Shown: piece by piece, positions 24,198-35,854 of the stretch
Position numbering within the stretch: the stretch's first letter is position 1
Layout: each line of letters starts with the position of its first letter
NCBI GenBank assembly: GCA_030167865.1
Contig: JALAGF010003865.1
Coordinates: forward strand, 1-64,000
Direction: 5' to 3'
DNA length: 64,000 bases
Source of the DNA: Craspedostauros australis
Lineage: Eukaryota
Notes under the pieces: generated by a model
The model's input: only the letters and a program-made list of their open reading frames with translations
What the model was told of the DNA's origin: nothing
Database searches by the model: none
Position numbers and translations under genes: made by a program

Positions 24198-26704
24198 ATG
24201 ATGCTGCGCTTGACCATCGCAGCGATGGCTGCCGCCGCCGCATCCGCCGACAGCAAGCTGATGATTCATGTGAGTCCATGACGATGCGTTTGCATGCGTG
24301 TTCGTGGGATCTGGGATGAACGCGAGGAGGCCAAAAAGATTTCTGCGCGACTATCACCACGATGGTGGTGTTTGGACCAGAAGAATTGACGGAGCCGTGC
24401 AGCGCATGAACAGGATGAGGCCACGCAGAGGGAGATCGCTTTCATTTGGAAAATATCTGGAATGGGCGCCACGCTGCGCCATGGTTCTGATCGAAGTGAA
24501 GGTCATGAGGGTGGACATCATGGCCTCCCTCCCGCTCTGAAAGGAAGCCCGACGACTGGCAACGATGCCAGCACAGCCACGATTGCTAGAAGCCTCGATG
24601 TGGTGGCCCAAATCAAAGGCAGCGGCGTAGATGCCGATGTCAAATCTTGCTGATTTGCCGCTGCGCACAGACCCGACATGCCGGCACGACAACCTGCTCC
24701 GCGCGATCTCTCCATGACTCTGCTGTCGAATTCAAACTGGAGCTCAAACCGAACCAAACCAGAGTCCGTTCACTCACATCTTCCTCCGTCTCTCTCTCTC
24801 TCTTTGGCTGCTGTGTTTCTCTGCTTACTCATGGTACTGCCATGACGACCTTCGACACCCACGCAATTCATCAACGCAAAATACGCACGCGTCATTCCGC
24901 CTCTCCAATCGACCGATCGATCAATCCAACAATCGAAACACATGCAACATCTTGGTTGCGCATTGTAGGTCCCACAAAGCATGGACAAGCCAGGCGGCTA
25001 CGAGCACCGAGAGGCCCTTTTTGGAAAGCCACCCTACGGCAATTCCATCTCGCAGAACGTGATCTACTCCGATTCTACCCTTTGCGATGCGGACTTCGAC
25101 ACCACAAAGGGCTACCCAGAAATCGAGCTGGACAATGAGTTCCACTCCTGGAACCCGCCATTCATTCTGATGGTGGACCGTGGGGACTGTACATTCGTTA
25201 GGAAGGTACGTGTCCCCTATGCGTTGGCTTTCTTGTCATCATCGCTCTGGTTGCATGTATGCATGCAGATATGCCAAGCTGGTTGGCCAGTCAGTCTTTG
25301 CCTGTATTGTCTGTATGCGCACCAACCCAACTGCCGTGGTTTCCGTGTACTCACTTCGTTGTCTTTGACTTTCCATCCTTCGATCTCCAATGTCGGATAT
25401 CTTATGTAATTCCAACACACATGTACTTGTATCATCATTCGCTTCTTGGTTCATGACGACAGGTCCGCCACGCACAAATGGCAGGTGCTTCCGGTGTCGT
25501 TATCGCGGACCACAAATGCTTGTGCAGCGACGAAGCTTGCAAGAAAGAGTACGGCAGCGACGACTGCGAGGGGAACGAACCCATCATGGCAGACGACGGA
25601 TCTGGTGGTGGCATCACCATCCCTGCGTTCCTCATGACCCGAACAGATGCCGACAAGGTGAAGGTGCAGCTCAAAGACAACCATCCAGTGAAGATGGAGA
25701 TGAAGTGGAATCTACCATCGGCCGAAGACCGTGTCGAATACGAGCTCTGGTCCGTCCCAGCAGATCCAGTCAGCCGCGAGTTCCTCGTCGAATTCAAGAA
25801 CATCGCGGAGAAGTTTGGAAAGAAGGCGCAGCTCACGCCCCGCATGTACATCTTTGACGGGTTGAGAACGCATTGCCAATCGCAGGACGGAGAAAACTAC
25901 TGTGCCAACCTCTGCACGAACAACGGCCGCTACTGCGCGACTGACCCAGACGACGACCTCGACAGAGGTATTTCAGGTGCGGACGTGGTGACCGAATCCC
26001 TCCGACGACTTTGTATCTGGGATCATTACGGAAAGGACGACGGCGTCGGTCAGCCATGGTGGGCGTACGTTGCCGAGTTCGACAAGCGTTGCACCCGCAA
26101 GAACTTCTTCACCAGAGAGGAATGCATCCAGGATGTCTACGACCATTCCGGCATCGACAAGGAAAAGATCGACAGATGCATGTCCAACAGCGGGGGGCTG
26201 GTTGGTGATGGCGCCAACACCTTCCTCGAGGAGGAGCTTGGCATGCAGCGAAGACGAGGTGTCGTCGTGCTGCCAACGGCGTTCGTGAACACTGCTCCAC
26301 TCCGTGGCGAGCTCACCGCTTCCAACGTATTCAACGCCATCTGCGCTGGATTCTCTGAAAGCACCAGCCCAGAGATCTGCAGCCAGTGCAGTGGATGCAA
26401 CAACGTCACCACGTGCTTGTCGAATGGATACTGCGAAGATTCAACGCCTGTGATCCCGAAGTCGAAGGGAAGTTCCGGCGGCGTGTCCCACCACTCCTTT
26501 GCTTTCACCATGATTGTGATCATTGCCGCATTCTCGGGCGCTGGATTCTGGTACCACAACAAGACCCGACAGGACATGAGAGACCAAGTCCGCGGCATAC
26601 TGTCGGACTACATGCCGCTGGATGATCCCGAAGGCGCACAGCAAACCGGAGGCGCCCCAATGGCCTTCGCGCAACAGGGTGGAACCCAATCTCTCATCGG
26701 GTAA
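24198..26704 (+). CDS. VSR: Vacuolar sorting receptor-like protein, copy 2; exons 24198-24269, 24969-25205, 25463-26704
   Basis: Signal peptide MMLRLTIAAMAAAAASA. ALFGKPPYG, MVDRGDCTFVRKVRHAQ, CTNNGRYCATDPD, TM helix, tail VRGILSDYMPL (YMPL is the plant VSR sorting motif). Both introns are phase 0. Confidence 0.92.
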
Positions 26705-27312
26705 CTTGATGGGTCCAAAGATGATACTTCTACTGCATGATGGCCTGGCGGATCCGTCGAACGATGGCTTCTTTTCCTCGTCTCCACTGCTCTGCAGTAT
26801 GGTACGTATGGTAAGTATGCCACCATGCTTCAATCTTGTGAGTGCATACCTTTAGTAATAATGTCAACATGAACACAAGCATCGTAGTACTCTGCAATAT
26901 ATAATATGCCTTGCTCTCGACGTGTCGGTATTGGTAGGAGTAGCTGCCGCATCGTGGCGCAGCACCATCATTGCGGTCTGTTGCTGCCCAACACAAGAGC
27001 AGGCCCTCTCTCTCTCACTCTCTCTAGATTCGTGCGTAGATCGATGTTTGTCTTTCGTTAATCTGACGATTATCGGGGGGGAATCCCCTGATTTCCTCCA
27101 GAACTCCCCCAAAATTGGTCTCAACACCACGACGACAAACAACGGCGCCGTGAAGATCGGCCACAAACGCAACACAGGAGCCTCGACCAAGAACATCGGC
27201 GCCAAATCACCATCAGCAGCACCCCCGGCATCTCCGGCAACACAGGAAATTGTCCCCTGGTGCCGTTCTTCCTCCATCCTTCCATCCCATCAAACACGTT
27301 GAAAGTAACAGC

Positions 27313-28886
27313 ATGCTGAGCTCAATCCAGAGAAATGCCGTGCGGCACAGCCGCCGGTGCTTTGCCACGCAGCCATTCCTCGAGACCATCCCGCACAAGA
27401 AGGTGGGCGAGGAAGGTCCAGGAGGCAGACAGTCCGTCGCTGGCATGCGAGTCGCCATCTTCGGTGCGACTGGGTTCCTTGGAAAGCACGTGTGCAATCA
27501 AATCGGTACGCTTCATGCACATCACGCCGCACTGCATGGCAACGTCGTTGCTTTGTATCGCAGAATGTTGGCAAGAGCAGAACGCAGCAGTGATGAAGTC
27601 ATGGCATGTGATGTCATGCCGTGCGATGCCAAGTGAAGAGATGTGATGAGATGGAATTGAGCACTTGCTCTACTCGACATATGCTCTGGTTCAGGATTCT
27701 GCTGCGTGGCCCGTCTCGTGCTTCATGTTGCTGTGAACAAATGTTAATGCTACTCCAGTTGTCATCAACGCCATCCTTGTCATTGTCATCACCGATCTGT
27801 GGGGTCCCTCACCATTGCAAACTGTCTTCATCGTGCCAATCGCAATATTCATTCTGTCTTACCCGTACTCTACGCCAAACGATACCGTCAAACGATACCG
27901 TCACACCAACAGGCAAGAATGGTGCGTTTGCGTACATTGGAAACCGCGGCGACGAGATGGAGCACCGCGACATCAAGCCGATGTTCGACTTGGGCCACAC
28001 ACGATTTGTGTACTACAGCCCGCGCGACGTTGACTCCATGCGTGAAGTCATCGCCGATGCCGACATCGTCGTCAACCTCATCTCAAAGCCGTACCAGACC
28101 GGCCAGCCAATCCAGACCGACAAGTTCCCATACATCGGCTACCAAAGGAACTTCACCTTCGAGGACACCAACCTGGGCATGTCGAAGCAGATCGCCGAGC
28201 TCTGTGTGGAGATGCAGGTGGACAACCTGATCCACGTGTCCTCCGCCGCCGCGTCGCCGGATTCCGCCTCGGAATGGGCAAAGACCAAGTTCGCGGGAGA
28301 GCAGGCCGTCAAGGACATCTACCCGTGGGCCACCGTCGTGCGTCCAACGCAGCTCTTCGGTGCCGAGGACAAGTTCCTCCACTTCTACGCCAACATGGCC
28401 AAATTCTACCGCTTCGTGCCGCTCATCGAGGACGGCAGCGCCCTCACGCAGCCGGTGTGGGCTGTGGATGTCGCCAAGACCATCAGCCGCATCATGGACG
28501 ATCCGGCCAAGTTCGAGGGACGCACCGTCGACTGCTTCGGCCCATCCGACTACACGCACGACGAGCTCGCCAAGTTCGTCCTTGATTTGACCGAACAGGA
28601 CCGCCCCATCCTCAACCTCCCCAAGGCCGTCTACCTGCAATGGGCCAAGCTGATGAACTACCAGGAGTACATCCTCATGAACGAGGACATAGCCAAGCTG
28701 TGGTCCGAGGACTACATTCCAGCCATGAAACCAGAAGCGTACGCCGAGCAGGCTGACAACAACGACAAGATCCTCACCATGGCTGATCTTGGCATCACGG
28801 CAACCCCAGTCGAGGCGGAAGCCTTCAACTACTTGCATCGATTCCGTAAGGCTGGACACTTCAGCCGTGTCAAGGGATACCATTGA
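27313..28886 (+). CDS. NDUFA9: NADH dehydrogenase (complex I) 39-kDa subunit; exons 27313-27505, 27913-28886
   Basis: Mitochondrial-type presequence, GPGGRQSVAG, VAIFGATGFLG (Rossmann), RGDE..R.IK.M.DLG, IHVS, QPVWAVDVA. Confidence 0.92.
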
Positions 28887-29219
28887 TCATGATGATGTCA
28901 GTAATGCCATTGATGTTGCAAGTGATGGCGATGATGGTGGCAACGTTGTCACGAGGCAGCCGAATTCGCGTCCTGGAACAGTTCTCCAACATTTCAACAC
29001 TCAGTTTGTGGCACCACTGCTTCCTCTCATACTAATACAACTACACTACGATATACCTCTAGAGAGAGTAGGGTGTAATACAATGCTTCAACCAAAAAGG
29101 AGCATTTTCATTGCGATGCTGTATAATATATTATACAACGAGCATCACGTCCCTGACGTACAGAACTTGCCGACACATGGAAGTAGCTGCAGCATTTACT
29201 GGGGTACTCGCGCGTCAGT

Positions 29220-30599
29220 TCACAGCAGAATCTTGTATTTCTCCTTGGAAGGTACATGGTGAACGTACAGCTTGCCATCCAATCCAACCGATGCAAACAT
29301 CCACGGATCGCAGTGACCCCAAGCCACGGAGTAGATGGAATCCATGTGCTCGTGGTAACCCACACGGACGTTGGGACCGGACGCGTCCGAGTTGTCATCA
29401 TCGTTGGTTGCGCCTGACGCACCAGCCATGGTGCTGGCGTTGGTGGGCGTGTTGAGCGCCAGCAAGGGTGCGCTAGAAATGGTGCTGACACGCCACAGGT
29501 TGACGATGGCATCCGTGCCGGCGGACAGCACCAACTGATCGTGCGATGGGTTGTACTTGACGCACGATGACCAATGGCGATGTCCGCCACGCGCCATGAA
29601 CAGCGGGCGTTGCAGCTTCCTGTTGTTGCTGTTGGTGTTGCTGTTGCTGTTTGCTTGTACCGATGAGGAGGCATACCGCGTATCCCAAAACTTGACGAAG
29701 CCGTCCATCCCGGATGTTGCCAGCACGTTGGGTTTGTTGGGGTTGAAGTCCAGACCAGTGACACCTCCACGGTGCGATTTGAAGATGGTGCTGCTGCTCT
29801 CTGGCGACCTCCAGTCCAACATATGGATGCTCGATCCGCGAGAAACGGCCATGGCATCGCAATTGTGCGGATCCCATGCCAATTTGGAGGGATAGTACAG
29901 CGCGCATGCATCGGACCTCGCTGCGGCAGGAGTCGCCTTTGCTGCGAGGTCGATGGACATGGTGCGGCTTTGCTCGGCTGTGCCCATCGACAAGTCCCAC
30001 TGAGTGAGCATCCCAGATGCGGAAAGTGAAATGACATCGCCGCTGATCGATGCCTCCTCCTCGGAACCACGCCAGCAGATGTCAGAGATTTGAGCAGCAT
30101 CATTGCTGGCACTATTGCTGGTGCCGTCTGTCGAAGTCGGCGTGAGGTTTGCGATCTGCTCGATGAAGTTATCCTCCGAACCATACGCCTCAGCGTCATC
30201 GATGGATGTCCGGTCGAAGACATCTTGCGGGATGCGACAAAGGCTGGCCACAGAGGCAGCGCCAGCCGATGCGGCGGTGGAAGCCGACCGCGGATCTGGA
30301 CGCGAAAGGGAGAGGAAGAGAGACCGATCGTTGGGGCTTGTGACTATCTTCTGGATCCCTGCATTGTTGACGCCCCCATCGTCAAAGTCCTGCTGGTCTG
30401 GTGAGATGCTAGACAGCGACGCGACGTGGGTGAGCTGGTCGATGTCGGACTGGAAGCGCACCAAGTGGACGAAGTTGTCAGCACCGTTGGGATTGCACGT
30501 CGCCGTGATGAACATGGAATCCGATGCTTCGGCACGCACGGCGTCGACCGCGTGCAACGGCGAGTCGAACGAGAGCTCGCATGGGTGTGCTGAGAACAT
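29220..30599 (-). CDS. EIPR1: EARP/GARP-interacting WD40 protein (EIPR1/TSSC1)
   Basis: WD40 repeats (WDPH, LDFNPNK, VKFWDTR, HRHWSSCVKYNPSHDQLVLSAGTD, EHMDSIYSVAW..CDPWMFAS) and the C-terminus HVPSKEKYKILL. Confidence 0.9.
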   Translation of the reverse strand: MFSAHPCELSFDSPLHAVDAVRAEASDSMFITATCNPNGADNFVHLVRFQSDIDQLTHVASLSSISPDQQDFDDGGVNNAGIQKIVTSPNDRSLFLSLSRPDPRSASTAASAGAASVASLCRIPQDVFDRTSIDDAEAYGSEDNFIEQIANLTPTSTDGTSNSASNDAAQISDICWRGSEEEASISGDVISLSASGMLTQWDLSMGTAEQSRTMSIDLAAKATPAAARSDACALYYPSKLAWDPHNCDAMAVSRGSSIHMLDWRSPESSSTIFKSHRGGVTGLDFNPNKPNVLATSGMDGFVKFWDTRYASSSVQANSNSNTNSNNRKLQRPLFMARGGHRHWSSCVKYNPSHDQLVLSAGTDAIVNLWRVSTISSAPLLALNTPTNASTMAGASGATNDDDNSDASGPNVRVGYHEHMDSIYSVAWGHCDPWMFASVGLDGKLYVHHVPSKEKYKILL

Positions 30600-31180
30600 G
30601 ATCTTGCCTGCTCCGTGAAGTCAATGTGCGTATGGTAATCACTGGAGTATGTACTAACACTGGTACGACTTTGGTTTGCAAAGCAATGAGCTTGTGTTGG
30701 GTTGTGCGAATGTAGTTGCAGAAAGAATGCGCTCTGCTCCATTTTTCGCTTTGTTTTCGGATCGAACGTGTTCGTAAATGTCCGCCAAAAGCGTGTATTT
30801 GTCGAACGAATTGGTCCGCCCCAGGCTCTTAGTGTCCGTAACTTTGTTCGAAATATGTGTGCAACACCGGACGACTTGCTGACCATGTTGGACACAAGTG
30901 CGTAAACTGGAAAATAACAATGTAATGCCGCAAATACCAAATGAAATGACACCACGGAAATGAAACATCAACAACCCAAACGACAACCATTACTTCGGCG
31001 TCGCTCTTTTGTGTTCCCCTGTTGCAGCTCGCACTACTACTCCACCATTGAAAAGCTCAACCGCTCGCAGAGTTGTCCGAAAGACTTGGTGATTGGACAT
31101 TTGGCAGCCATCGATCGCGAGCATCGTCGCAAGTCATATTATCACTATCACTGTGATCATCCATTGCAACACACTTCTGC

Positions 31181-31216
31181 ACACTCTGAACACTCTGGAC
31201 ACTCTGCACACTCTGG
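31181..31216 (+). repeat. 9-bp tandem repeat (ACACTCTGN)x4
   Basis: Read directly, about 40 bp upstream of the ATG at 31256. Confidence 0.85.
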
Positions 31217-31255
31217 ACACACCAACAACTCTTCCGCAACCGAACGAACGGGACG

Positions 31256-32395
31256 ATGGTGTCAGTTTCCTCTGGCTTGCGCAGGATCGTCTGCTTGGCA
31301 CTGTTATGCCTGTGCTTTGTCAGCACACCGACGGCAGCGTGGGAATGGTCGGACATCATGGGTGGCAGCGAGCACGTATCGTTCCAAACCACCACGCTGA
31401 CCATGATGGAGGTCTCCGAAATGCGCGTGCGTGACCTGCGGCGCAGACTCACACGACGGCACGGATATTCGGCCGAAGAGGTCGGGAGGATACTGGACAA
31501 GAAGGAGCTGATTCATCTTCTGTCCTTCGAGGAACACAAGGAGCGCGAGAAGGAGCGCACCGACTTCAAGCGGGAGGTGACGAAGCGCGCCATCGTTTAC
31601 ACATTCCTGGCGGTCGTTCTGGCGCTGTTCTGGCCGTTGCTGTTCCGGGCCTACGAGGTGGCCACCGTCAACTTCATCGTGTACAAGGATCGCAAGATTT
31701 ACGAGACGAAGCGGTGTTTCGAACTGAAGTCCGTCGCCGGCTTTGCGGGCATCATCGTCATGGCCATCATGGACGTGCTCCAGCTGTGGCTCTCCACCTC
31801 CGTGCTGCTGTCGTGGGTGATGAAGTCCAAGTACTTCTTCCCCACCCCCAGCCTCACCGTCAACCCAGCCAAGATGATGGGCGGGGAGGTGTCGAAGACC
31901 TCACTTGCACAGTACGGCTTGAACGTCGGGCCGATGGTTCTGACGTGGGTGTTCCGTTTCCTGTACAGCATCCTAGAACGTTGGACGGGGAAGGCATTGG
32001 CCAACGCGCATCAGCATCGCAAGCGCGAGGCCCGCGATGCGGAGACGCCGGAGGAGAAGGCGGCGAGAAAGGCAATGAGGAAGGCAGCCAAGCGTGCGGC
32101 TCGCAAGGAACGTGACGAGGAACGGAGGAAGCAGCAGGAGGAGGAGCAGCAGCGGCGCCGAGAGGCGGCAGATAAGGCGACGGCTTCGCTGTTTCCAAAA
32201 TCTGCGGCGCAGCAGCAGCAGCAGCAGACGTCTTCGGACCCCTCATCAACAGGTGCACCACAAGGGAGTAACGGTGGCAATGCCAACAACGCCAGCGACC
32301 ACGGCGACCTGTCTTCTCAACAGACGTGGAGCAATGCTGGAGCACAATTTCAAAGTCACGCAGCAGCGGGAATCAACATGGAAGATTTAGACTAG
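31256..32395 (+). CDS. Uncharacterised secretory-pathway membrane protein
   Basis: 379-aa ORF: signal peptide, SAP-like motif MRVRDLRRRL...LDKKELI, about 3 TM segments, charged helical tail. Confidence 0.8.
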   Translation: MVSVSSGLRRIVCLALLCLCFVSTPTAAWEWSDIMGGSEHVSFQTTTLTMMEVSEMRVRDLRRRLTRRHGYSAEEVGRILDKKELIHLLSFEEHKEREKERTDFKREVTKRAIVYTFLAVVLALFWPLLFRAYEVATVNFIVYKDRKIYETKRCFELKSVAGFAGIIVMAIMDVLQLWLSTSVLLSWVMKSKYFFPTPSLTVNPAKMMGGEVSKTSLAQYGLNVGPMVLTWVFRFLYSILERWTGKALANAHQHRKREARDAETPEEKAARKAMRKAAKRAARKERDEERRKQQEEEQQRRREAADKATASLFPKSAAQQQQQQTSSDPSSTGAPQGSNGGNANNASDHGDLSSQQTWSNAGAQFQSHAAAGINMEDLD

Positions 32396-32889
32396 TATGC
32401 GTCATGTCCAAGTATTATACCCCATGATGCGATTTAGATTGCAACGAGCTTGGTAGAATGGACTTGAGGAATCGTATCGCGTACGTAGCATGAGTGCGAT
32501 GCTATGCGATCGAATGGAACAGAATAGAACGGCGTGGAATCATTTTTGTGGTTCAATTGGCTAACTTCTTGAGTTGGAAACGTGGACGTGCGAACTTGTG
32601 CGTGTACCATTGGAAGCCGTGTCCGTCCGCCGTCGGTTTCAGAACAAGAACAACAATGCTGGACACAGATCCAAACCCCACAAAAAGCGTGACAGGGCAC
32701 CAAATCTGTGATGGATGCACCCCGTTTCATACCAACAAGACCATGCGATCAACCATGCCCAGCACTCATGCTCACATGCTCACATACCCACATGCTCATG
32801 TTTGTGCAACACCAACGACCACAATCAACAGAGTAATCCACAATACTCCAGCATCATACTCTAGCATAGTGTAACAGCACACACCCAAC

Positions 32890-34569
32890 ATGGCGGAAGG
32901 CAACGGCACCGAATTGAAGCGGGTGGCAAAGCTCGCAGATCTTTCCCCGGATCTCATTGGATCGCACGTCAAGATTCATGGTTGGACGTACTCCGTGCGA
33001 TCACAAGGCGCCGGAAGTCTGGTGTTCGTGGACGTGGGCGATGGAACCACCGTCACACCAACCCGCTGCATCGCGGTGAAGAAGTCCACAGAGGAAGGCG
33101 CCGAACCCGATGCGTACGCCTACGGCTCCAACGAGACCTCGTTGCTCGGAGATGCCAACGGAGACGAGACGCACTACAGCCGCCTCACCTTCGATGAGAT
33201 GGGCCAAGCCTCCCATCTCTCGCTGGGATGCTCCGTCATGGTCATCGGCTACGTCGCCGCACCGCCGGAGGGAACCACGCAGACCTTCGAGGTCAAGGTC
33301 CTCGAGCTCTTCGTCATCGGCGGCGTCGAGGATCCTTCCAAGTACCCCATCCAGAAATCCATCCTCAAAAAGCCACTGGCATTGCGTTCGCTGTACCACT
33401 CGCGATTCCGCGCTCCTCTCGTGCAGCAGATCATGCAGATCCGTTCCCAGACCCTCTTCGCCATCCACGAGTTCTTCAACCAGGAAGGCGTTCCGCTGCT
33501 CGACCCCAACATCATGACCAGCAGCGACTGCGAGGGTGCCGGTGAAGTCTTCAAGGTCACGCCGCAGTTCTTCACATCCGCCGCCGTGGAAGCCGACACC
33601 GGTGGTAAGGGAGGTGGCAAGACGAAGACCAAGGGCAAGGGAAAGACCGCCGATGCTGCTGCTGCTGCTGATGGTGCCGCCCCTGCCGCCGGTGAAGAAG
33701 TCGAAAAGAAGGTGGTGCCAGCCGCCGATGTTGGCCTCACCGTGTCGTCGCAGCTTCCCCTCGAGGCCATCGCCATGGGAACCGGATCCGTGTACACGTG
33801 CCAAAAGTCCTTCCGTGCCGAAAAGTCTGACACCAACAAGCACCTGGCCGAGTTCCTCCACGTCGAGTACGAGCAGTACTTCATCACCCTGGATGACCTC
33901 ATCTCCCAGGCGGAGCGATACGTCAAGCACGTCATCGCCAAGGTCGTCGAACGTTGCGACGCCCAGTACCGATTCTTGAATCAGAAGGCGCATTCACCGG
34001 CGGAATTTCACGGCCACAACGAATACCTCAAGACGCTGCTGGAGAAGCCCTTCGTCCGCATCAAGCACGCGGACGCGATCGCCGTGATGCAGCAGGATCT
34101 GCGTGACAAGGTCAAGACGATCAACGAGAAGGGCAAGGAGGTCAGGCTCAAGTTCAAGGTCAAGCCGACGGAGGGTGAGGATCTCGGATCGGAGCACGAG
34201 AAGTACCTCGTGCAAAAGTTCGGAACCTTCGTCTTCGTCACCCACTGGCCGTCCAAGATCAAGTCCTTCTACATGAAGCAGGTCGGCGACGGCACCTGCG
34301 AATCCTTCGACCTCCTCGCCCCTCTTGTCGGCGAGCTGTTTGGAGGATCCATGCGCGAATGGCGCTACGACGTGCTCGAGAACGAGATGAAGTCCAAGAA
34401 CATGGACATGAGCCCCCTGCAGTGGTTCGTCGACCTGCGCAAGGACGGAACCGCCCCGCATGGTGGATGGGGCATGGGATTCGATCGTTTGGTCATGTTC
34501 CTCACCAACTCCAACTCCGTGCGTGATGTCGTACCATACCCAGTGTACTACGGCCATTGCCCGTACTAG
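32890..34569 (+). CDS. asnS: Asparagine--tRNA ligase (class IIb), intronless
   Basis: OB-fold start (KIHGW...VFVDVGDG), TSSDCEGAGE, LTVSSQL, motif 2 FRAEKSDTNKHLAEF, GELFGGSMRE, motif 3 PHGGWGMGFDRL. Confidence 0.92.
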   Translation: MAEGNGTELKRVAKLADLSPDLIGSHVKIHGWTYSVRSQGAGSLVFVDVGDGTTVTPTRCIAVKKSTEEGAEPDAYAYGSNETSLLGDANGDETHYSRLTFDEMGQASHLSLGCSVMVIGYVAAPPEGTTQTFEVKVLELFVIGGVEDPSKYPIQKSILKKPLALRSLYHSRFRAPLVQQIMQIRSQTLFAIHEFFNQEGVPLLDPNIMTSSDCEGAGEVFKVTPQFFTSAAVEADTGGKGGGKTKTKGKGKTADAAAAADGAAPAAGEEVEKKVVPAADVGLTVSSQLPLEAIAMGTGSVYTCQKSFRAEKSDTNKHLAEFLHVEYEQYFITLDDLISQAERYVKHVIAKVVERCDAQYRFLNQKAHSPAEFHGHNEYLKTLLEKPFVRIKHADAIAVMQQDLRDKVKTINEKGKEVRLKFKVKPTEGEDLGSEHEKYLVQKFGTFVFVTHWPSKIKSFYMKQVGDGTCESFDLLAPLVGELFGGSMREWRYDVLENEMKSKNMDMSPLQWFVDLRKDGTAPHGGWGMGFDRLVMFLTNSNSVRDVVPYPVYYGHCPY

Positions 34570-35854
34570 AGAATGGTTGGTCCAGCAACATCGACAGCAT
34601 GATAATGGCGTGATGTGGCGTGGTGTGATATAATGTGATGTCCAGCCTAGGTTATTGCGCGAGCATGCGTTGCATACCGTACTAGAGTGCCATTACACGT
34701 TGCAGGTTGGCTCCTTCTTTCCTGCTATCACTTGGAATGCAACGGATAGATGGAAAGAGCAGCTGTATGGTACATCCACTCGAAAGACCCCGATCAGAAC
34801 ACATGGGCAACATGCCAATCCAAATAGTAAAGTGCCGAAGCAACTCTCTAGAGGGATGGAAAGGCACCGTCATTGTCTACTTCGCTTGCGAGTCGACATG
34901 TGTGCACAGCGCAATGCAGAGCCTCTCTCTCTCTCTACGATAGTTCGGCACATGTTACATCGATTACTGTTGCTATTCGTGTGTTCTACAAATCGCTGCC
35001 ACTATCTCCATGACAATACTCACGAGTAATACCCGCATTCATATTTCAGGGAAACACCTGGAAACAACATTCTACTGTTGACTGATGCACGTTCTCTCAT
35101 CCACGTGGAACGAGGAATGAGTGCGCGTGCAGTGATTGGCTGCAGCAGAAGTCGTAGGACGACCATACGCCCTTTCCTGCAACAGCAGCTCAGCTTGCTA
35201 TCTTGGTCGGTTCATAGGTTGCTTGGAGATGTTTTTATAGTTTTTTCTTGAGTTACTGAAATTGGATTTGTTTGAGTCTGTATCTACTCCTGGTGTGGTA
35301 CGGGTGATCGAAGCATCATTTTGGTGGAAGCCTTGACCATTGGAGGGGCGTTCTTTCTTTCTTTCGCCTGAAATGGATGATGGTCGCCGTCGCACAAAGG
35401 GGTGTGGTGATGTTTGGCGTTTGTTTGTGTGACATACAAAATTCTACACAGAATCCGGCTGGTGTTTAAAATCCTATTATACGGTGTGGGATTTTGTTCG
35501 ACTTGGAAGGTGGGGTATGAGCACGCTCGAATTGTTGGTTCGTCATGCTGGTTCGTACGGTATGCATACGGATGTGTGTGGTATGGGTTGACGTACATGC
35601 GGGCCCCGCCCACACGCACGCATGCAGGCGCGCGTACGTGAGGAATGGTGACGTTGGCATGTGATTCTTTTGGTGTGGCGGTTGTTGCGGTGTGGTGGAG
35701 GACGACGACGTTGGCTTTGACGGCGACATCGATGCCAGGACTGGGTGGACTGATCGGCTGGTCGGACGGTGGGGCAACGTGTTTCCGGCCGCCTGGTCCA
35801 CCGTGCTTTGGCTGCCCTCTGCCGCCACGATACGCGGAAACAGGGCACCGCAGC

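Noticed and set aside
31181-31216. Short tandem repeats as a CRISPR-like array
   Set aside because: No spacers, 9-bp units, eukaryotic context and no cas genes.
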